A DNA stretch of 57,902 nucleotides from Bacillota bacterium (GCA_024655925.1 JANLFS010000004.1:5201-63102), one strand, 5' to 3'; shown: positions 45,246 through 55,498, counted from the first letter of the stretch. Numbers and translations are program-made. Notes: generated by a model not told the origin, from the letters alone.

Positions 45246-46700
45246 CTATACCGCCCGGGGGCTGGGGCTCTCGCTGTCCCTCATCCTCTTCACCAGTTCC
45301 TTGAACAGTCTCCCCCTCTCCTCGAAGTTCCTGAACATGTCGTAGCTTGCGCAAGCCGGGGAAAGCAGCACCACGTCACCCGGGGCCGCGACCTCCGCTG
45401 CGGTTGCCACGGCCTCGTAGAACGTTCCACGCCTCAGTATCTGGGGCCCGGGCGCGCCTTTGGCCTCTGCAGCCTTCAGGAGCGAGTCCTCGATCTTCCC
45501 GGCAGTAACGCCTATGAGCACGGCAGCGCGCACACGGTCAACAGCGACCTCAGCCATTTCGTCAAAAGGCAGGTGCTTGTCGTACCCGCCCGCAATCAGC
45601 ACAATGGGCCGGTCCAGCGCGAGCAAGGCGGCGATGGTCCGCGCGGGGGATGTGGCTATGGAGTCGTTGATGAAGAGCACGCCCCCCACCTCGCCGGCAG
45701 GCTCCAGTCGGTGCTCAACACCTTCGAAAACCCGCAGGGCCTGCCTCATGCTCTCGAAGTCGGCCTCCATGGCGGCGCAGATAGCGATGGCCGCGAGAGC
45801 GTTCTCCACATTGTGCAGACCGGGGATCTTGAGATCTGCGCGATGGACGACCACAACCCCGTCCTCATCCGGTGACCAGCGGAAGGTAAGTGCGTTTCCC
45901 GAAAGAAACGCCCCCCTCGCCACCGGGTGCCGCGAGCTGAAGAGAAGCACCAGGCCCGGCACGCGCTCCGCCATCGAGGCTGTGGGTTCATTGTCTGCAT
46001 TGAGGACTGCGTAGTCGTCTTCTTTCTGGTACTTCAGGATGTTCTCTTTGGAGAGGATGTAGTCGTCCATGTCTGGGTGATAATCCAGATGGTTCGGGGT
46101 GATGTTCAGCACCGCGCCGACGTGCGGGCTCATCCGGACCGGCTTCAGCTGGAAACTGGAGAGCTCCAGGACTATGAGATCCTCCGCGCGGACGTCCAGG
46201 ATGTTCTCGATGAGGGGCGTTCCTATGTTCCCGCCCACCAGCACCCGGCGGCCCGGATGCGACCGTCCGGAATCTTTCTGCATGATCAGGCCTGTCAGAG
46301 TCGTGGTAGTGGTCTTCCCACTGCTCCCCGTGATGCCGATGATGGGCGCCTGGGCGAGGCTCAGGACGAGCGCGATCTCGGAGCTGAACTCGACTCCTCC
46401 GTTCCGGGCTTCCACGAACTCTGGCTGATTGGGGTTGACACCCGGGGAAAGGAAAAGGAGGTCGTGTGCGACCAGGTCATCCAGGTAGCCCGGGCCGAGG
46501 GAGAAGTCGACTCCGAGTCCGGACAGAGCTTCGAACGCGGATCCCAGCTCCTCCCGGGTCTTCTTGTCACACGCGGTCACGTGCACGCCGCACTTCACAA
46601 GGAACCTGATAAGAGGCAGGTTCGTCACCCCAAGCCCAATGACCGCAGCCCGCCGGCCTCTGAGCTGTGAAAGCACCTCTTGCTGCCTATCGCTCTGCAT
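45246..46700 (-). CDS. murD: UDP-N-acetylmuramoyl-L-alanine--D-glutamate ligase
   Basis: Rossmann start AVIGLGVTNLPL and Mur-ligase P-loop GITGSSGKTTTT. The start is moved to ATG 46700, after GGAGG. Confidence 0.9.
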   Translation of the reverse strand: MQSDRQQEVLSQLRGRRAAVIGLGVTNLPLIRFLVKCGVHVTACDKKTREELGSAFEALSGLGVDFSLGPGYLDDLVAHDLLFLSPGVNPNQPEFVEARNGGVEFSSEIALVLSLAQAPIIGITGSSGKTTTTTLTGLIMQKDSGRSHPGRRVLVGGNIGTPLIENILDVRAEDLIVLELSSFQLKPVRMSPHVGAVLNITPNHLDYHPDMDDYILSKENILKYQKEDDYAVLNADNEPTASMAERVPGLVLLFSSRHPVARGAFLSGNALTFRWSPDEDGVVVVHRADLKIPGLHNVENALAAIAICAAMEADFESMRQALRVFEGVEHRLEPAGEVGGVLFINDSIATSPARTIAALLALDRPIVLIAGGYDKHLPFDEMAEVAVDRVRAAVLIGVTAGKIEDSLLKAAEAKGAPGPQILRRGTFYEAVATAAEVAAPGDVVLLSPACASYDMFRNFEERGRLFKELVKRMRDSESPSPRAV

Positions 46701-46723
46701 TCCCAAGACCTCCGGAGCACATC

Positions 46724-47875
46724 CTACATCCTGGTTCCCAGCACAATAAGGCGCGCTGCGGTTTCTGCGGCGTCCGCCATCAGGCTGCTCGCATTCTCGA
46801 TGGCCTCGTCCACGGTGCACGGGCCTTTGACGATGGTCATCAGTACGTCTATTCCGTGGTCATATAGCCCCCGTGCGTCTTCTGACACCGACCCAGCGAT
46901 GACCACCACTGGGATACCCAGCTCCTGCGCGACCCGGGCGACGCCCATCGGGGTCTTACCAAACAGTGTCTGGAAGTCAATGCGGCCCTCGCCTGTTATG
47001 ACCAGGTCCGCACCTGCCATCTTCTCGCGCAGTCGAGTGGTTTCCACAACAATCTCTATGCCCCTCTTCAGGGTGGCCGATGCAAACGCTACAAGACCGG
47101 CGCCGAGCCCTCCGGCAGCACCGGCCCCGGGTATGTCGTTCACATCCAGACCTAAGTCTTCCCGGATTACTGCCGCAAACTTCGCAAGGGCAGCGTCGAG
47201 GCGGGCAACCATCTCGGGAGTTGCACCTTTCTGCGGCCCGTAGACGGCCGACGCCCCTTTTGGACCAGTAAGCGGGTTGTCTACATCACATGCGACAATG
47301 AACTCCGTATGTGCGACCCTCGGATCCATTCCCGACATGTCCATTCTCGAGAGCCTCTCTAGTTCCGCCCCTCCTGGACCGATGGGGCTACCTGTGGCAT
47401 CCAGAAGCTTCACCCCAAGCGCCTGCGCCATGCCGGCACCCCCGTCGTTGGTGGCACTGCCCCCGATTCCAATTATGATCCTGGTACACCCCTCGTCCAG
47501 CGCAGCCCGGATGAGTTCCCCCGTCCCCCAAGTCGTTGTGACGAGCGGGTTCCGTCTATCCTTCGGGACAAGTGGCAGACCCGAGGCGGAGGCCATCTCG
47601 ATCGCGCCCGTGGTTCCGTCCCCCAGGATTCCGAAGAACGCTCGGACCGGCTCACCCAGGGGTCCAGTGACCTCCCGTTCGACGATTCTGCCCCCGGTCG
47701 CGTCCACAAGGGACCGGACTGTACCCTCGCCCCCGTCAGCCATGGGCACAGACACAACCCGTGCTTCGCAAAACACTCTCTTGATTCCCTTCTCGATCGC
47801 CTCGCACGCCTCAGCAGCTGTAAGACTGCCTTTGAACGAGTCCGGAGCGACGACCACACGCAACGGCTTCGACAT
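46724..47875 (-). CDS. glxK: Glycerate kinase
   Basis: VVVAPDSFKGSLTA N-terminus and the ITGEGRIDFQTLFGK motif. Confidence 0.9.
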   Translation of the reverse strand: MSKPLRVVVAPDSFKGSLTAAEACEAIEKGIKRVFCEARVVSVPMADGGEGTVRSLVDATGGRIVEREVTGPLGEPVRAFFGILGDGTTGAIEMASASGLPLVPKDRRNPLVTTTWGTGELIRAALDEGCTRIIIGIGGSATNDGGAGMAQALGVKLLDATGSPIGPGGAELERLSRMDMSGMDPRVAHTEFIVACDVDNPLTGPKGASAVYGPQKGATPEMVARLDAALAKFAAVIREDLGLDVNDIPGAGAAGGLGAGLVAFASATLKRGIEIVVETTRLREKMAGADLVITGEGRIDFQTLFGKTPMGVARVAQELGIPVVVIAGSVSEDARGLYDHGIDVLMTIVKGPCTVDEAIENASSLMADAAETAARLIVLGTRM

Positions 47876-47902
47876 GAAGATCCCCCCTGTGGAAGTAATG
47901 TC

Positions 47903-49180
47903 CTAGCCTTGAACAGACTCCCCATGCGCAGCATCGGCCGGCCGCAACCTCACCTCGGTCAGGAGAACGGCACAAACCGCCCCCACCGAGACCGTGGCGG
48001 ACAGCGACAAAAGGGCTGGACGGAAACTGCCCCCGGTGGCATCGAGTATCTTCCCGGCCACCAGAGGTGAAATGATGAGCCCTCCCTGCCACAGCGTGTT
48101 GGCGATGCCGATTGCAGTGCCGCCCAGTTCAGGCCCTACGGTCTCGGAGACCATTGTGTTTCTGGGGGTGTCGGGAAAGAGGACAAAGAAACCGAGTGCG
48201 GCAGAGACGACCCACAGCGTCACGCCCGTCCCGGGCAAGAGCGCCATCGCAGTGAGCAGGGCAGCAAAGATCCATAGGCCTAAGGCGATCGCGGGCTTCC
48301 TGGATCGCAAGACCCGGTCGGAAATGCATCCGGCGGCGGGGCCACCCAGAGCCGATGCGGCGGAAAAGACCATCAGCATGATGCCGGCATTCGCCGCTGA
48401 GATGCCCCGGCCGCGGGTAAGTGAGCTGAAGAGCCATGGGATGGACCCTGTGGTCCCCCACATGCCGAAGAATCCCGCAAGGCAGAGAAGGACCATATTC
48501 CGGTTCAACATCACGCGCAAGGGCCTAGGGCCGACACGCTGCGTTGAAGGTGAGGCATAGTTCCCCGTCGACCGTTTGGCTTCTGATGCCGGCCACGCGG
48601 AAATGGCGGGCCAACCGATCACAAGCAACACACCGGCCGCGGCAAGCCCGGCCCAGCCAGTCACCACAAACCCGCTTCTCCAGCCCAGACGTGCCACCAC
48701 TCCAGGCACCAGCCCATTGGAGATCATCATCCCAGCGGAGACTGCGGTCATGAAGATGCCCACGGCGGTCGCACGTTGCTCCCGGCCGAAGGAGGAGGAT
48801 ATGACTTTGAGGCTCGACGGGTATATCGCCCCAGCGGAAAGGCCGGAGAGGAACCTCCACGCGAGGCCGGAACCGAAGGTCCTCATCGCCCCGTTTGCCA
48901 GGGTGCAGAGGCTCGAAAGAAAGATAGCTGACACCAGAAGCAGCCTGCTGTTCATCCTGTCCGCGACAATCCCTGAAGGGATCTGAGCAAGAACATAGCC
49001 CGCGTAGAACGCGCTCATCATCGCTCCAGCCTGAGCCATGGTGAGTCCAAGCTCGTCCCCGGCTCCTTCCATCATCACAGACCAGACGAAACGCACTGTA
49101 TAGCTGTAAAGGAACGCGGTCCACGCGCTCGCGAGTCCGACGCAACGTTGGCAGTCAGAGAGCTGCCCTTCCGGTCCCAA
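47903..49180 (-). CDS. MFS transporter
   Basis: A 12-TM-like profile with the loop 2-3 motif GIVADRMNSRLLL. Confidence 0.8.
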   Translation of the reverse strand: MGPEGQLSDCQRCVGLASAWTAFLYSYTVRFVWSVMMEGAGDELGLTMAQAGAMMSAFYAGYVLAQIPSGIVADRMNSRLLLVSAIFLSSLCTLANGAMRTFGSGLAWRFLSGLSAGAIYPSSLKVISSSFGREQRATAVGIFMTAVSAGMMISNGLVPGVVARLGWRSGFVVTGWAGLAAAGVLLVIGWPAISAWPASEAKRSTGNYASPSTQRVGPRPLRVMLNRNMVLLCLAGFFGMWGTTGSIPWLFSSLTRGRGISAANAGIMLMVFSAASALGGPAAGCISDRVLRSRKPAIALGLWIFAALLTAMALLPGTGVTLWVVSAALGFFVLFPDTPRNTMVSETVGPELGGTAIGIANTLWQGGLIISPLVAGKILDATGGSFRPALLSLSATVSVGAVCAVLLTEVRLRPADAAHGESVQG

Positions 49181-49246
49181 TTGCCGGCCTCCAATCCCAT
49201 TGTCCTATCCTCGGCCCGATACCCGATGAACCCAGTCCCGGTCCCC

Positions 49247-50617
49247 TTATTCCACACGGTGCGATTCCCTCCTGCCGGGCATACCAAGCTCCTCCCAGAC
49301 CCGGGGAATCAGCGCACGAAGGGTGTCGCGCTGGTTGCGGGAAGGCAATTCAATAACCTGGTCGAGCAGGTTGAGGAGAACAGCCCTCACAGCAGGTCCG
49401 GGGGCTATCCCGGTGAGCTCGATGACATCGGACCCGTTCACCTCCAAGTCGGAGACGGCAAGAGGAGCGTCCGACTGAAGGAGTCCCGTAGCCCTTTTGA
49501 GTAGGCTGTCCACCTCGAGTGCACTGTCCTGATCCCCCGATGCAAGTCGCTTGGCTCGCTCCAGTTGGAGAAGGTCCAGAATATTATGCTTGCCCACATA
49601 GGCTGCAAACCGCCGGAAGGTCACATCGTCAGGGTTCGCAGGCAACGACCCTGACAGCCTCACGAGGGATACGGCTCTATCCACAACCGCCCGAGGCAAC
49701 CGCATCCGGGTCAGAGCCTCCCGCGCGCGCGACGCGGAGTCCGCCGGGTCCTGCCCGGGGGAAGCGCAGAACAGTGCCGCCAATCTCAGTCCTTCATCTG
49801 CGGGAACAAGATCACACACAGCGGATGCCCATTCGTATCTGTGCCAGGCAGACCGGCCGGGTTCGGAACTCCCGCCGTGGACACCGCCTTCGCTTCCGCT
49901 GTCAGATCCTGAAAGCTCGACGAGTTCTGGCAGGACGTATCGGACCAATCCCGACTCTACTAGGAGCCTCAGCCCTCTCGATGGAGCCGGGGCCGTGAGC
50001 AGCTTGAGGAACTCCCCAGTGATTCGCTCTGCCGACACATCGGCAATGTCACAGGCGTGTTCGCGGATGGCCGCCATGGTGGACGCATCCACCGAAAACC
50101 CCAGTTGCGCCGCGAACCTCACCGCTCGCAGGAGCCTCAGGTGGTCCTCGGAGAACCGGGAATGAGGGCGTCCGACAGTCCGGATGATCCGTGCCTCCAA
50201 GTCGTTCATGCCCCCGTAGGGGTCGACCAGCTCCCCCGTGGATGGGTCGTAGGCCATGGCGTTGACGGTGAAATCACGGCGCGAGAGATCGCCCCGTATG
50301 TCGTTGACAAATTCCACTGACTCTGGGTGTCTACCATCCCGGTAAGGCCCGTCCTGCCGGTAAGTGGTCACCTCCACATGTCCGTCTTCAGTTACTACGG
50401 TGACGGTGCCGTGGGTAATGCCGGAGGGATACACGCGGTCGAAGGCGTCCGTCACTTCTCTCGGAGTCGCGGAGGTTGCCACGTCCCAGTCACTTGGCTC
50501 TCTGCCTTCGATGAACATGTCCCTGACGGCCCCCCCGGTCACGTAAGCACTGTGGCCAAGGCTCTTGAGCTTCTCCACAATCTCCAGGACGTGTTGCGGA
50601 ACCCTGACTCTTCGCAT
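49247..50617 (-). CDS. cca: CCA-adding tRNA nucleotidyltransferase (poly(A) polymerase family)
   Basis: GGAVRD, DWD and RRDFTVNAMAY motifs. Confidence 0.85.
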   Translation of the reverse strand: MRRVRVPQHVLEIVEKLKSLGHSAYVTGGAVRDMFIEGREPSDWDVATSATPREVTDAFDRVYPSGITHGTVTVVTEDGHVEVTTYRQDGPYRDGRHPESVEFVNDIRGDLSRRDFTVNAMAYDPSTGELVDPYGGMNDLEARIIRTVGRPHSRFSEDHLRLLRAVRFAAQLGFSVDASTMAAIREHACDIADVSAERITGEFLKLLTAPAPSRGLRLLVESGLVRYVLPELVELSGSDSGSEGGVHGGSSEPGRSAWHRYEWASAVCDLVPADEGLRLAALFCASPGQDPADSASRAREALTRMRLPRAVVDRAVSLVRLSGSLPANPDDVTFRRFAAYVGKHNILDLLQLERAKRLASGDQDSALEVDSLLKRATGLLQSDAPLAVSDLEVNGSDVIELTGIAPGPAVRAVLLNLLDQVIELPSRNQRDTLRALIPRVWEELGMPGRRESHRVE

Positions 50618-50702
50618 GCGCTCTCACTCCAACTCCCAGTTCATGCCGGTGCAGGGCCAGTTGAACACTCGCGGCTCGAAGGGGGGAAAGGTATAATCGA
50701 AA

Positions 50703-50730
50703 GGGAACTCCAATCCCAGCCTCTTCGTTA
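50703..50730 (+). promoter_or_regulatory. ECF-sigma-type (autoregulatory) promoter
   Basis: GGGAAC (50703..50708), a 17-nt spacer, then CGTTA (50726..50730). It lies 25 nt upstream of the sigma-factor start. Confidence 0.6.
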
Positions 50731-50754
50731 GTAGGGATTGAGACGGCGAAGTCA

Positions 50755-51378
50755 GTGCCGAAACGGGTGGTTGAATTGGCCAACGAACACGCTCTCACGC
50801 GAGCAGTGCAGCCCACATCGAGGATAGGCGAGTTCGAATCCCTCGTCCGGCAGTATCAGAAGCCTGTGTACAGTATAGCTCTCAGGATGACCGGCAACCC
50901 CGAGGAAGCGCAGGACCTCGCTCAGGAGGCGTTCGTCCGGGCGTACCGGTCTTTCGACAGCTACCGGCGGGGCACCTCCTTCGACAGGTGGCTCTACCGG
51001 ATCATCACCAACCTGTACATCGACGAAGTTCGCCGGCGCAAGCGCACCCCGTACGTGGAGTCGTTGGACCAGCGAATCGCCACCGACGAAGGCGAGTTTG
51101 AGCGGGAGGTGCCGGATCTCTCAGACAGCCCCGAAGTCGTATTCGACCGGCATCACATCGATGAAAGCATCCAACGCGCGCTGGCATCTCTGCCTCCCGA
51201 TTTTCGAATGGCAATCATCCTCTGCGACATCGAGGGGTTCTCCTATGAGGAGATTTCCCAGATAATGCGCACTTCCATCGGCACTGTAAGGTCGCGGATC
51301 CACCGGGCCAGGCGGGCGCTGAGGGACCTCCTTGCGCCGTATCTTGGGGCCCGTGCTGGGGAGGTGAGCCGAAAATGA
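50755..51378 (+). CDS. ECF-family RNA polymerase sigma factor
   Basis: Region 2 (FESLVRQYQKPVYSIALRMTGNPEEAQDLAQEAFVRAY) and region 4 (YEEISQIMRTSIGTVRSRIHRAR). GTG start. Confidence 0.9.
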   Translation: MPKRVVELANEHALTRAVQPTSRIGEFESLVRQYQKPVYSIALRMTGNPEEAQDLAQEAFVRAYRSFDSYRRGTSFDRWLYRIITNLYIDEVRRRKRTPYVESLDQRIATDEGEFEREVPDLSDSPEVVFDRHHIDESIQRALASLPPDFRMAIILCDIEGFSYEEISQIMRTSIGTVRSRIHRARRALRDLLAPYLGARAGEVSRK

Positions 51379-51944
51379 CGTGCAGCAAGGTCGAGCGCCT
51401 GATCTCCGCCTACATCGACCGCGAGCTCTCCGAGGAAGAGAGAAACCGCGTAAGGCAGCACCTGGCCATGTGCTCTGAGTGCTTCGCCATCTACAAGCTG
51501 ATGCAGGAAGTCAAGTCGGCTCTTGAGTGCACAAGCCAACCTGAGTGCCCGAAAGATCTATGGGACAACGTGGAACTGAGGCTTAGGGCACTGCCGCTTC
51601 AGCCGGCAAAGAGGGTCAACTCTATCGCGCACGTTTTCTCTTTCGCGAAACTAGTGGTTCCCGCGGCTCTGGCGGGAACGGCGATCGCAGTTCCCCTCGT
51701 CCAGATGATCTTCGGAATCGGCCCATTGGGGGTGACCGCAAACCGGGCAGCGCCGCCCGTCACTCGCTCCGCGCCCCCGGCAGCAGCGTATGTTCAGCCC
51801 ACAGGGGCTCTGAAGTCGAGAGAAGCTTTGGAGCTAGTGTTGCAGGACGAACCCCTCATGCGGACGGAGGAATTCCTCCGGTGGGTTAGGCTGGAATCGG
51901 ACCACCCACGAGTAACCTTCGTCACGATGCGAGGTTCAAGATAA
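51375..51944 (+). CDS. Anti-sigma factor (zf-HC2 type, single TM)
   Basis: The H-x3-C-x2-C motif (HLAMCSEC) is followed by a TM segment. The gene overlaps the sigma gene by 4 nt. Confidence 0.8.
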   Translation: MTCSKVERLISAYIDRELSEEERNRVRQHLAMCSECFAIYKLMQEVKSALECTSQPECPKDLWDNVELRLRALPLQPAKRVNSIAHVFSFAKLVVPAALAGTAIAVPLVQMIFGIGPLGVTANRAAPPVTRSAPPAAAYVQPTGALKSREALELVLQDEPLMRTEEFLRWVRLESDHPRVTFVTMRGSR

Positions 51945-51982
51945 CAGGAATCCCAGTCTTACAAGGATAGGAGGAGAAAGAC

Positions 51983-53143
51983 ATGAGCACCTCGAGCTTT
52001 CGCAAGTTCTACCTACCCCTGATCACCGTGGCGATTCTGAGCAGCATCGTCACCTCGGTCGTGGTAGTCTCTTACGTGTTCCCCGAGCGCCAGGGGAACG
52101 CTGCCGCGGCGGTAAGCCCGGCGGCACCCGTGTCTGAGCCCCGCAAGACCGCGGTCTTGCCCTCCCTCGCTGACGTGGCTGAGGCCGTGGGTCCAGCGGT
52201 AGTCCGGGTGGACACGACCAGGGTAGTGAGCTACGGACCTAGTGTTCCGCAGGATCCCTTCTTCGGGCCTCTCTTTCGTGACTTCTTCAAAGGGTTCGGC
52301 GGACAGTACGAGCAGCCCGGCACCGGATCGGGCTTCGTGATCAGCTCGGAGGGGCACATTATCACCAACCACCACGTAGTTGAAAACGCTCAGAAAATCC
52401 AGGTCACCCTGCCCGATGGGCGTAAGTTTGATGCGAAGCTCGTCGGATCGCACAAGGCATCGGACGTCGCCATCATCAAGATCGAGGCGAAGAACCTTCA
52501 CGTCGCCGAGCTAGGGAAGTCATCCGACCTCCGGCCGGGCGACTGGGTGATCGCCATCGGGAACCCGTACGGATTTGAACATACCGTGACCGCAGGCATC
52601 GTGAGCGCTCTCAATCGAAGGCTTGGTGATGGCGCAGGCGGGACCCTGTCCACTGGAAACCTGATCCAGACGGACGCCGCAATCAACCAGGGCAACTCCG
52701 GCGGACCCCTCATCGACATGAATGGAAAGGTCATAGGGATAAACACCGCAATCCTGCCGTACGCTCAGGGCATAGGTTTCGCCATCGCGGTTGACTCTGT
52801 TAGCGACATCCTGAACGACCTAATGGCTTACGGGAAGGTCAAGAGACCGTGGATCGGCATCTGGTACCAGCAACTGACCGAGGATATTGCGAAGCAGCTC
52901 AAGCTGCCTGACGCGGACGGGATCCTCATCACTGACGTGGTGGACGACAGCCCCGCAGCCCGGGCCGGTCTGCGCCGGGGGGACGTTATCCGGGAGATGA
53001 ACGGCAAGAAGGTCACCTCGGAACTGTCCCTGGCAGACGAGATCGCCAAGATGAACATCGGAGACCGAGTCATGTTCTGGGTGTGGAGAGACTCACAGCG
53101 GCTGTATGTCTCTGTCCAGCTGGGCGAGACCCCTTCAGAATGA
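51983..53143 (+). CDS. HtrA/DegP-family serine protease with one PDZ domain
   Basis: N-terminal TM anchor; catalytic triad context NHHVV / SDVAIIK / GNSGGPL; PDZ region GILITDVVDDSPAARAGLRRGDVI. Confidence 0.9.
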   Translation: MSTSSFRKFYLPLITVAILSSIVTSVVVVSYVFPERQGNAAAAVSPAAPVSEPRKTAVLPSLADVAEAVGPAVVRVDTTRVVSYGPSVPQDPFFGPLFRDFFKGFGGQYEQPGTGSGFVISSEGHIITNHHVVENAQKIQVTLPDGRKFDAKLVGSHKASDVAIIKIEAKNLHVAELGKSSDLRPGDWVIAIGNPYGFEHTVTAGIVSALNRRLGDGAGGTLSTGNLIQTDAAINQGNSGGPLIDMNGKVIGINTAILPYAQGIGFAIAVDSVSDILNDLMAYGKVKRPWIGIWYQQLTEDIAKQLKLPDADGILITDVVDDSPAARAGLRRGDVIREMNGKKVTSELSLADEIAKMNIGDRVMFWVWRDSQRLYVSVQLGETPSE

Positions 53144-53225
53144 CGGACAAACGCAGCGCGGGACCCTCCGGCCGGTGCCAATGGGTGTCGCGAGCCAGAA
53201 ACGCGGGGTCCCCCGCTCATATAAA

Positions 53226-53253
53226 AGCCCTGGGCTCTCAATTGCCCAGGGCT
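53226..53253. terminator. Bidirectional intrinsic terminator between htrA-like and the DUF502 gene
   Basis: AGCCCTGGGC-tctcaatt-GCCCAGGGCT. The hairpin is flanked by AAAA upstream and TCTAGTTT downstream, so a U-tract follows it on both strands. Confidence 0.7.
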
Positions 53254-53273
53254 TCTAGTTTGGTCATACGCGT

Positions 53274-53945
53274 TCACTTGGCTGTGTCCCGCAATGTGGC
53301 CTTGGCTTCGCTTGCCCTGCCCACGTTGTTAGGAGCAACTACCCCGCCGGATATGATGAGCTTGAGGCCGTCTTCCACTGATATGTCCAGCTCGACCAGG
53401 TCCTCCCGCGGAACGTAGATGAGCCATCCAGTGGTGGGGTTGGGTGTAGATGGCAGAAAGACCGGAACCATTGGAGAATCGAATTCTCGTCTCACCGGCG
53501 AGTAGGCCCCGTTGCCGGTGAGCAGTCCCACCGAGTAGATGCCTTTCCGCGGGTACTCTACTAGGACGACCTTCTTAAACAGCGAGCTGTTCTGCATGAA
53601 CATGGCGTCGGTGAGTTGCTTGATCGTCCCGTACAACCCACGGATGATCGGGATCCGCGACATGATCCGGTCCCCGAACCCGATCAGCCGCTTTCCGATG
53701 AAGTTCGTGGCCACAAGGCCGACGAACATGATGATCGCGAGCGTGGCGATTAGGCCTGCTCCCGGGATGAACAGGCCGAAGACTCCTATCAGATGGCTTC
53801 CGAGCCACCCATCGACCACTCGGAATATCAGGTAAGCTATGTATAATGTGCCCACGGCGGGGATGAGGACGATAAGTCCAGCCAAGAGATAGGTGCGCAT
53901 GCGTCTCATGATCGTCCCGGCCATGGCGGCTGCTGCCTCCAACAT
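53274..53945 (-). CDS. DUF502-family membrane protein
   Basis: LIVLIPAVGTLYIAYLIFRVVDGWL and IPIIRGLYGTIKQL are patterns typical of DUF502. Confidence 0.7.
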   Translation of the reverse strand: MLEAAAAMAGTIMRRMRTYLLAGLIVLIPAVGTLYIAYLIFRVVDGWLGSHLIGVFGLFIPGAGLIATLAIIMFVGLVATNFIGKRLIGFGDRIMSRIPIIRGLYGTIKQLTDAMFMQNSSLFKKVVLVEYPRKGIYSVGLLTGNGAYSPVRREFDSPMVPVFLPSTPNPTTGWLIYVPREDLVELDISVEDGLKLIISGGVVAPNNVGRASEAKATLRDTAK

Positions 53946-54015
53946 TCATCTCGTTTGAGTACCCTGCCTGCTCCACACGCGCGTTCCGTGTTAGAATTGG
54001 TCTGGAGGTGGGCGC

Positions 54016-54585
54016 GTGGACTTCCTGCTCACTCGTGCCGGCATCGCTAGCCTCTTTGCATTGTCAGTGGTCGAAGCCGTAATCTTCCCCGTTCCGCCCG
54101 ACACACTGCTGATCCCGATGTCTGCGGCCCGCCCAGCCCTTGCTCTGGTCTATGCGGCAGTCACGACGGTGGGGTCGGTCATCGGGGCGGTCCTCGGCTA
54201 CACCCTGGGGCTGAAAGGCGGAAGGCCTATTCTTGCAAGGCTTGCTTCTCGCGACCGAATAGCCGCAGCGCGTGCCCTGTTTGCCAGGTACGACATGTGG
54301 GCAGTCGGGGTCGCAGGGTTCACCCCCATCCCGTTCAAGCTGGTCACTGTCATAAGCGGCGTCCTCAGACTCCCACTCCGCCGGTTCGTCTTCGCGTCGT
54401 TCGTAAGCCGTGGGGCCAGGTTCTTCTTGGAGGCCTGGCTCATAGCTCTCTTCGGCCCGCAAGTCGTCGACTTCATCGGCGAGTACTTCGGATGGATCAC
54501 GTTCGGGATAACGCTACTCGGGATCGCGGTCCACACCATCTACAAGCGAGCCCGCCGCAATTCGCGCCCGAGGCAGGAAACCTAG
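54016..54585 (+). CDS. YqaA/DedA-related (VTT-domain) membrane protein
   Basis: EAVIFPVPPDTLLIPM...GYTLGLKGGRPIL...GFTPIPFKLVTVISGVL. Confidence 0.7.
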   Translation: MDFLLTRAGIASLFALSVVEAVIFPVPPDTLLIPMSAARPALALVYAAVTTVGSVIGAVLGYTLGLKGGRPILARLASRDRIAAARALFARYDMWAVGVAGFTPIPFKLVTVISGVLRLPLRRFVFASFVSRGARFFLEAWLIALFGPQVVDFIGEYFGWITFGITLLGIAVHTIYKRARRNSRPRQET

Positions 54586-54684
54586 CCGCATGTTCCCATG
54601 ATTCACCATCACGTTGTGCGAATACGCACAGCGGCTCCGGTTACACTAGTCGCGGCGGATAGGGTAAGACGTGAAGCTCCCGTT

Positions 54685-54710
54685 GTTTCCGGAAGGAAAC
54701 CTTTGTTTCA
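54685..54710 (+). terminator. Weak candidate terminator after the YqaA-like gene
   Basis: GTTTCC-ggaa-GGAAAC followed by CTTTGTTTC. Confidence 0.35.
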
Positions 54711-54771
54711 CGCACCTATCCGCTCCACGTTGTGTGGGGCTGGCGCCCGGGTCCCGCTCACCAGGCTCTCC

Positions 54772-55035
54772 CTACCGGGCGAACTTCCGTACTACCCTCA
54801 CGAGGTCATCCAAAGCGTCCTCCCCGCCATCCCCCTCGCGGGCATTCCGGATGCACTCGCGTGTGTGGTTCTCTAGCATCAGAATGCCAGCACTGTAGAG
54901 GGCGGTCTTCACAGCAGCAAACTGGTCGAGGACCTCGGCACAAGGCCTCTCCTCTGCCACCATACGCTGGAGGCCTTTGACCTGCCCTTCTATCCGTCTC
55001 AGCCTGCGGAGTACCGTCTCTTTGTCGGGTCGCAC
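54772..55035 (-). CDS. csoR: CsoR-family metal-sensing repressor with the Cu(I)-type C-H-C fingerprint
   Basis: RLRRIEGQVKGLQRMV plus Cys32, His57 and Cys61. The 25 + 4 spacing is the same as the Cys36/His61/Cys65 Cu(I) ligands I recall for M. tuberculosis CsoR. Confidence 0.8.
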   Translation of the reverse strand: MRPDKETVLRRLRRIEGQVKGLQRMVAEERPCAEVLDQFAAVKTALYSAGILMLENHTRECIRNAREGDGGEDALDDLVRVVRKFAR

Positions 55036-55081
55036 CGCTCTCCCCTCGCTGTTCCTCGCACCTGCGCCTCGTGATCCAGCT

Positions 55082-55474
55082 TTACTTGTCGGCCGTCCTC
55101 ACTTCTATGGCAACCTCCGGCGTTCGCCTGAGGGTCTGGGCCACCACACAGTATTTCTCGGTGAGTTCGGAGAGCCTGGCAAGCTGCTCACCGGTGAGTT
55201 CAGCCCCGGCAATACTCACGCTCAAGGCCATGGATTTTACGTAGTTCGGCTTCTCACCTGCTGTTGCAGCCGTTCCCTCGATCGTGACGCCCTGCCTGGA
55301 GATCTTCATCTTGTCAAGCATAGCGATGATTGTGAGCCCAGCACATTCTATGATCGAGGCGAGAAGATACTCCAGAGGACGCATTATGCCATCCCGATGT
55401 TCCCCGTCCGGGGTGACAAAGGAAAGTCTGCCCTCGTGATCCCAAGTCCCGGTGAGTTTCTCCAGATCAGCCAT
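55082..55474 (-). CDS. OsmC/Ohr-family protein
   Basis: A 130-aa protein with an OsmC-like pattern (IIECAGLTIIAMLDK...ELTEKYCVVAQTL) and two conserved Cys residues. Confidence 0.7.
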   Translation of the reverse strand: MADLEKLTGTWDHEGRLSFVTPDGEHRDGIMRPLEYLLASIIECAGLTIIAMLDKMKISRQGVTIEGTAATAGEKPNYVKSMALSVSIAGAELTGEQLARLSELTEKYCVVAQTLRRTPEVAIEVRTADK

Positions 55475-55498
55475 GGATATGACCCGCCCTTTCTCTGA

